A stretch of 64,000 nucleotides of DNA from Mayamaea pseudoterrestris (lineage: Eukaryota), in assembly GCA_027923505.1 (NCBI GenBank), contig BROI01000006.1:496001-560000 (forward strand), in the 5' to 3' direction. The first letter of the stretch is position 1. Every line of letters begins with the position of its first letter. Below, one piece after another: positions 58,450 to 64,000 of this stretch. Position numbers and translations under genes: made by a program. The notes below the pieces were generated by a model. That model did no database searches. It saw only the letters and a program-made list of their open reading frames with translations, and was not told where the DNA came from.

Positions 58450-61034
58450 CTACCACCGTATGCTTGCACCAGCCTTAATTTCTTCCTCCGAAGGTGTATT
58501 GGCAATGGCCATGCTGCCACTGACGCCGCTTCCGTCAGCTCGCTCCACCGAACTACCCTTGGCCATGATGCGGTCATACTTCTTGTCGCTCGCCAACAGC
58601 TTGATGGTTGCCTGAACCTGCTCGTCCGTCTTGATGAGACGCTCAATCAGCATGCTTTCCGGAACGTATCGCGCTAAAATGCTTTGCGTAATGTCTTCCT
58701 TAATATCGCTTCGATATCGTTCAAAGTCCTTTTGAATCTCGCGTACAATGTTAGCCTGAAGCTGCTCTACGCCCTTTTCGGAACCCTTGTACCCACTCTT
58801 CTTGAGTGCCCTTTTTAGGTCGGCGAGCGACTTGCTATAAATCGCCTCAAGCTCGAGCTCGCCAGATTGTTGCTTCTTATTTACAAATGCTTGAAAGCTC
58901 TTGTACGTATCCTCGTCAATTTTAAACTGATGACCTGTCAGTTCATTATTCTTGCACCATTCTGCGGCAAAATCGTTCAAGACACCTGATCGCAACAACG
59001 TAACTTCCAGGGCTGAAGCCTTGGGCGCTTGAACTTTATAGTCAGCTTCCACTCCGCCGCCGTCTTTCACAATGCGTCCAGCCTTGGTGTAAAACGTTTG
59101 ACGGTCATTTTCGCGGACCTTTGTTTCAGTATATCCAGCGTCTTCAGCTCCCAAGCCTCCCCCTTCTTTATAGGTAATTCCTTGTATGCACCGACCACTG
59201 GGAGTGTAATACTTGGCAACTGTAAACTTTAGCGAAGTTCCAAACGGCAGCTCCTCAACATTCTGCACTAGACCCTTGCCAAACGTACGATCTGCACCAA
59301 CAATAACGCCACGATCCAAATCCTGAACAGCTCCAGATACAATCTCAGCAGCAGACGCGGTCCCTCCATTGACCAAAACAGCAAGCTTGGTGCTTGGATC
59401 AAGTATCGGATCCACCCGAGACCTGTAAATGACACCAGGAAAGCCGCGTCCTCGAGCTGCCACAATGTCGCTGCCCTTGGGAACGAGCTGTGACGCGACA
59501 TCGACGGCAGATGTCAAGAGTCCGCCCGGATTACCACGCAAATCAAGAATAATGCCCTGCAGCGACTGCTTGCCATTGGTGGCGTCCTCGGCGGAGCGTT
59601 GCAAGTGGGCAATGGCTTGGCGCATTTGTCGTCCAGCATCGGAAGTAAAACCCGATAACTGCACGTAGCCAATGCCATCTTTTGGATCTCCTACCAAAGT
59701 AGCAAGCTTTACGTCCCTGTTGAAGTAATACTTCTTAGAAAATGACTTGTCCGCAAGCTATGCAACATTCAAAACACTTCTTACTCACCTTGTTCGAACA
59801 ACTGTCCGCGGCATGGAAATTGTCTGCACTCCATCAACGCCAACCCGCTCAAATCCAATCGTCACCGTCGTACCCGGCACACCGCGCAGCATGTTTCGAA
59901 CACTCTCCACAGTCGCGTCGGGGCCTACAGGCATGTCGTCCACTGCAACAAGCTTGTCACCAACTCGCAAGCCGTAATCAAAAGCGTAGCCCTCAAACGC
60001 AGAAACAACGCGAATGCCTCGTTCCTGAGCCTTGGCCATGACGTTGCGGAGTTTATCGTCAGTGTCGTCGGCATCCGACTCGCTCGATATTTCGTCCGTT
60101 GATCCGTCATCGTTTGTTTGCATGGAAACATCCTTACTACTGCCGCTGCCACCTGCACTACTCTTTTCTTGAAAGCTCTTGACCTTTTCCATAGTCTTGG
60201 CATCCGTCCCCGAAATGACCAAACCGACTCCCGCGTATTTCCCTTCAATACTTTCCGCCATGTCCGACGCCTCCTGCGCACCCTCAAACTCCGTGTACGG
60301 ATCGAGCGATCGTAACATGGCCGACACTCCCGTTTCAAACAGCTTGTTGGCATCCACTTCATCCACATAGGCCGACTGCAGGTCGTTGAGTATGGTTTCA
60401 AACAAGGTTACGGGCTGACTCGACGTTTCCACCTGACTGTAAATGGGCACCAAAATGGCCGTCATGGCAATGAAGGCGCCGGCGCAAAAGCTCAGCAGCA
60501 CCACTTGAAACTGCTTGAGCTTGTCGCCAACGAGTTGGAGCGTGTGTTTGGCGGATTTTGAAATATTCAAGTGGTCCAGAAACGTTGTCGCATTTTTCGA
60601 CGAGTCGATACTTGCTGCTGCGTCGTCCGGCTCATTGCTCTGTTCCTCGGGTGGTTGCTCCGCATCTCCAAGCTGCCACGAGTGTCGTCGCTGAGCAGAG
60701 CCTTCTGGTTGTAATCGAGTAGGTTTCCATGAACGAATTCTGCAAAACAAGTCGGGTTTTGGAGCAAAAAGTGAGTGACTTTACTGCACGCGAAGCGCGA
60801 GTAGCATCGATAAACTCGTATGCATGGAACTTACAAGTCACGTTTTCGTCGTCGTCGTCCACCATGCTGCTGCATGCAGAGACTTGTCGTCGTCGTCTGC
60901 CATGGTTGATTCGATAAAGACTGAAACGGAGACAGTTTGTAAACTGCAGCATGCGACACCAAGGCATTGGTCGATGGATTCAGAGCTGCGAGTAGGACGA
61001 ATAAAAAGACTTGAAGCTTCATTGTCATTACCAT
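58450..61034 (-). CDS. Carboxyl-terminal processing protease (peptidase S41A, CtpA/Prc-like) with PDZ domain, likely plastid-targeted; exons 61034-60835, 60739-59789, 59716-58450
   Basis: Signal peptide MKLQVFLFVLLAALNPSTNA followed by a Ser/Thr/Arg-rich transit-like segment; LDPYT, YAGVGL, GLRVGD, RGVPGT, IGYVQL..F, ILDLRGNPGGLL, TASAAEIV (Ser), TFGKGLVQ (Lys) and AKYYTPSGRCIQ. Confidence 0.9.
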
Positions 61035-61396
61035 ATTCCACTATTGAAACAAGCTACTTCTATATGCTGCAATGCGTCTCGTTCTTCCTCGCTTTGGGCG
61101 AGAACAAGCGGCGGCAATGCAGCTTGTCAAGTTGTTCCGCCAGCGTGTCGCTGCCGAAGAACTTTTTTGACGTCGTGGCGTGAACGAGTACCGCTACGAA
61201 TGTGTGTCACACTTTTAGCTATTGTGTTTCGTCCGAATATGTATCATCATACTGTAACGATGACTTCTTGTTGGTTGTTCGTTAGACGGTTGGCAAGTAC
61301 CCCCTTGCACTTCACAACCAGTATTGATGAGATTCGAAATCATGCAAAAAATGTGTACATTATTTATATATAAAAGGTAGAAACCTTGGATTCAAA

Positions 61397-62560
61397 TCAC
61401 CGCAACGACCGCTTCGTCCGTCGCTTCTTGGTAACGTCAATGTACTCCTGTCGACAGGTGGGACAGGTTGGACGACGAAGCAGCCAGTCTGTGATGCAGT
61501 CCACGTGAAAGGCGTGCTTGCACTGCTCATTCTTGGACCATGCGACGACTTGGCCCGCTTCGTACTCGGCCAAGCAAATGTCGCAAATGAAACCATGCTG
61601 CACTGTCGAGCAAGTTTCGGTTTCGTCATTCTCATTACTAATGTCATGTTCAGCATCTCCACTGGCGGCAGTCCGAGCCGCGCCAGCTTGTTGCTGCGGT
61701 GGCGCAACGTTTAAGAATGCTTCAACGCTGCTCGCATCTGGTGCAGCCAATGGAACTGTTGAAACCATTGCCTTTGTGTTCGTCGCATTGCAAGTTTCGG
61801 CATTATTCTCGATATCAGCAGCAGTAGTAGTAGCAGCAGTAGTCGCTTCCAATACCTTTATTTCGTCCATGGAGAGTGGTTTGGAGAACAAGAGGCAATG
61901 ACACTGTTCGTTTCGTTCTTCGTCGTCGCCGTTGTCATGCTGCTGCAGCATGCACCAGTAGACGGGTCCATCAACGAGTTGATTGTTCAAAACGTTGACT
62001 GCTCCTTGTGCATTTGCAGCTGCTGCGTGAACGATTCCTTCACACTGCCGCTTTAACAATCGATCGTACACTTGCTCACGCTTCAGTCCAGTCGAAGGCT
62101 CCCTTTTGCAGCAGCAGTACCAGCATACAAACAGAATCACAAAGCAAGTATACAGCAGCAGATAAGGCCAATACATGAACAGGAGAACTGGAAGCAATAC
62201 GAGAAACGCAATGAACACCAAGCAGTAACCGACAAGGCGCACCAAGCAATTGTTTCGAACAGTATAATGATGTTGAGCTTGTCGTCGATTTACTAATGAT
62301 GGAGCGTCCGAAAGCGATCTGCGGGACAAGGGTTGAGAAGGAGGAGACGCAACTGATTGATTTGTTGCAGTGTTACTACAAGTTCTGGTAGTAGTTTCAG
62401 TAGCAGTAGCAGTGGAATGTAGTGGCAGCTGCGTGGAAGATGATGATGCACCAATCGCCGGCGGACAAATAATGTTTTCGGAAAAAGCCAAGGGAGCTAG
62501 TTTATCAGATGCCGCCGCCGCCTCTGCCGGCAAGCATCCACTCTCAGTGCTGCTACTCAT
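61397..62560 (-). CDS. Transmembrane RING-H2 E3 ubiquitin ligase (ATL-like)
   Basis: Two hydrophobic segments followed by CDICLAEY...CKHAFHVDCITDWL..RPTCPTCR. Confidence 0.85.
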   Translation of the reverse strand: MSSSTESGCLPAEAAAASDKLAPLAFSENIICPPAIGASSSSTQLPLHSTATATETTTRTCSNTATNQSVASPPSQPLSRRSLSDAPSLVNRRQAQHHYTVRNNCLVRLVGYCLVFIAFLVLLPVLLFMYWPYLLLYTCFVILFVCWYCCCKREPSTGLKREQVYDRLLKRQCEGIVHAAAANAQGAVNVLNNQLVDGPVYWCMLQQHDNGDDEERNEQCHCLLFSKPLSMDEIKVLEATTAATTTAADIENNAETCNATNTKAMVSTVPLAAPDASSVEAFLNVAPPQQQAGAARTAASGDAEHDISNENDETETCSTVQHGFICDICLAEYEAGQVVAWSKNEQCKHAFHVDCITDWLLRRPTCPTCRQEYIDVTKKRRTKRSLR

Positions 62561-62937
62561 TGTATTTGTCTTGAGGAGTCAATTCGCAAGTCGATTCTCT
62601 CCATGGAGCGAAACGAATTCTCGTTCGATGAGTTTTTTCATAACCGCTCCGACACCTGAACGAGTACCAGTGCGTCGCAAGACCTAGTCGTAGAAATGGC
62701 GCGCCTTGTTCGCTTTTCCTCAAAACACTCCGCGTTGCCACAGACACGGCCATCAACAAAAGAGCTGATTAAATTGAGATACAAATCTAAACTTTCAAAG
62801 GAGAGAGGCAAAGCATTTTCGACGAACGACTGCAGCAACAAAGAGTGACGTTCACAGAGACAAGTGACTGATCCAGATAGCGACAGATTTTCGGAAGATC
62901 CATCAGCTTTTTGCCCCTATCGTATTCTACGTCAAGC

Positions 62938-64000
62938 ATGACCAACGTCATGGACGAACGCAGCAACTATCTAGCCGCCAATCGCGCGCGACGAGCCAGC
63001 TTGACGTGCATTTCACGGGGCGTTCCGAATGCGACGCATCGTTTGCCGGGCAAGCCCACGGACGTTGCCACCCGGCGGCGCTTGAGCATGACGACGAGTA
63101 CAGCAGCTGATTTGGATTGTCCGGGGTTTCTGCGCAATGGATTCAACGTGAATCATGCAGCAGCAGCAGCAGCAGCAGCATCGACGACGACGCGAAGCAA
63201 TAGTCCAGTGCGCGGCGTGCGACGAACTGCTTCGGGGCTGCAGCAGCAGCAGCCATCGGCCTCCAGGCGCAGCAGCCACCATGTGAAATCTTCCTCGCAC
63301 CCTCGATCCACTGCAAATGCTTTACAAGGCAACAGTGCTACGAGTACTTCAAATGGCAGGCACGAGAGCCGGCGTCATGGCGCCACTAAGAGCAGCTCGC
63401 ATCACGACGGTGTGGCGCAACTATTGACGAAACACTTGTCACACCGAAACAACAACAGCAGCCGACGAAGCCGCCTGCATCGATCGGCGAGCATGTCGAG
63501 CATTGCCAGTGGCGCCGCCAAGGGGTGCACGGCAGTGGCAGCGAAACCGATAAGTGCATCTTCCGTGAGTCCCAGCAATCGGGGCCGCCGCCGCAACAGC
63601 ATGCTGGCGGCCGCTGAAAGAGGTTCATCATTGCATCAAGATGCGCCTACGATGCGAGGTACAGTGTCAACGAAATCGAATACACCAGAGATTGTGCCGA
63701 AAACCAGTTATTTGTACGAGTTTGACGATGACAATGACGATGTCGACGTGGAAGAGTTTGCCGGAGACAATGTTCCAGAGGAAAAAGCTTGGTTGAGTCC
63801 ATTTGAAGCAAACCCAGAGACGCAAGACGATAATGCCGACACGAACAGTGCTGCCATTGTGCAAAAGTTGCGTCGACTGGAGCGTCAGCGCATGCGCAAC
63901 CCGGCGGCTGCGGCCGCGTCGACGGTACTGAATACGCGTCGAGGTAGGGCGCCCGAGCGAGCGGCGAAACCATCATTGCCGTTGGAAACAACTACAACAG
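62938..64000 (+). CDS. Hypothetical Ser/Arg-rich protein, 5' part only (runs off the right edge)
   Basis: ATG at 62938 opens a stop-free frame to the window end (MTNVMDERSNYLAANRARRASL...), with several RRxS motifs and a poly-Ala tract from a GCA repeat. Absent from the ORF track because it has no stop. Confidence 0.65.
   Translation, partial: MTNVMDERSNYLAANRARRASLTCISRGVPNATHRLPGKPTDVATRRRLSMTTSTAADLDCPGFLRNGFNVNHAAAAAAAASTTTRSNSPVRGVRRTASGLQQQQPSASRRSSHHVKSSSHPRSTANALQGNSATSTSNGRHESRRHGATKSSSHHDGVAQLLTKHLSHRNNNSSRRSRLHRSASMSSIASGAAKGCTAVAAKPISASSVSPSNRGRRRNSMLAAAERGSSLHQDAPTMRGTVSTKSNTPEIVPKTSYLYEFDDDNDDVDVEEFAGDNVPEEKAWLSPFEANPETQDDNADTNSAAIVQKLRRLERQRMRNPAAAAASTVLNTRRGRAPERAAKPSLPLETTTT

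Noticed and set aside
63158..63180. GCA/CAG microsatellite (similar tracts near 1107-1130, 8710-8760 and 9983-10010)
   Set aside because: In-frame poly-Ala/Ser/Gln tracts occur throughout the window; a general compositional feature rather than a distinct element.

Overview
Gene-dense eukaryotic nuclear DNA. It has roughly 50% GC, short GT-AG introns of about 70-160 nt, intergenic gaps of 0.2-1 kb and CAG/GCA microsatellites within coding sequence. The family content (DUF6824, CRAL-TRIO-like repeat proteins, type II membrane glycan-modifying enzymes, a signal-peptide-bearing S41 protease) suggests a diatom or other stramenopile; this is inference, with no database search. I find about 27 protein-coding loci, 1 apparently frameshifted locus and 1 tRNA-Thr(UGU). 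Recognisable genes: proteasome alpha4, a Myb-repeat protein, a TauD/BBOX-like dioxygenase, a ClC/YfeO-like transporter, atypical E2F (DEL), fused GATase-CPS carbamoyl-phosphate synthetase, a fused E1alpha-E1beta 2-oxoacid dehydrogenase, a CaMK-type kinase, casein kinase 1, an HLTF/RAD5-like SNF2 protein, PGM3, an LCAT/PDAT-family acyltransferase, an S41 protease and a RING-H2 ligase. Most interesting: (1) a single-chain SIM/MIU + PARP-like ADP-ribosyltransferase + RING-H2 + Deltex-DTC protein at 35406-37707, which in this copy carries two explainable frameshifts; (2) a protein with three CRAL-TRIO-like domains fused to a canonical bZIP; (3) an HLTF-like protein with three HIRAN domains; (4) identical E2F-like 12-mers upstream of the DEL and HLTF-like genes. 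Exon boundaries were read by eye from splice consensus and protein-motif continuity, without transcript evidence. No CRISPR arrays, rRNA or clear transposons were seen.
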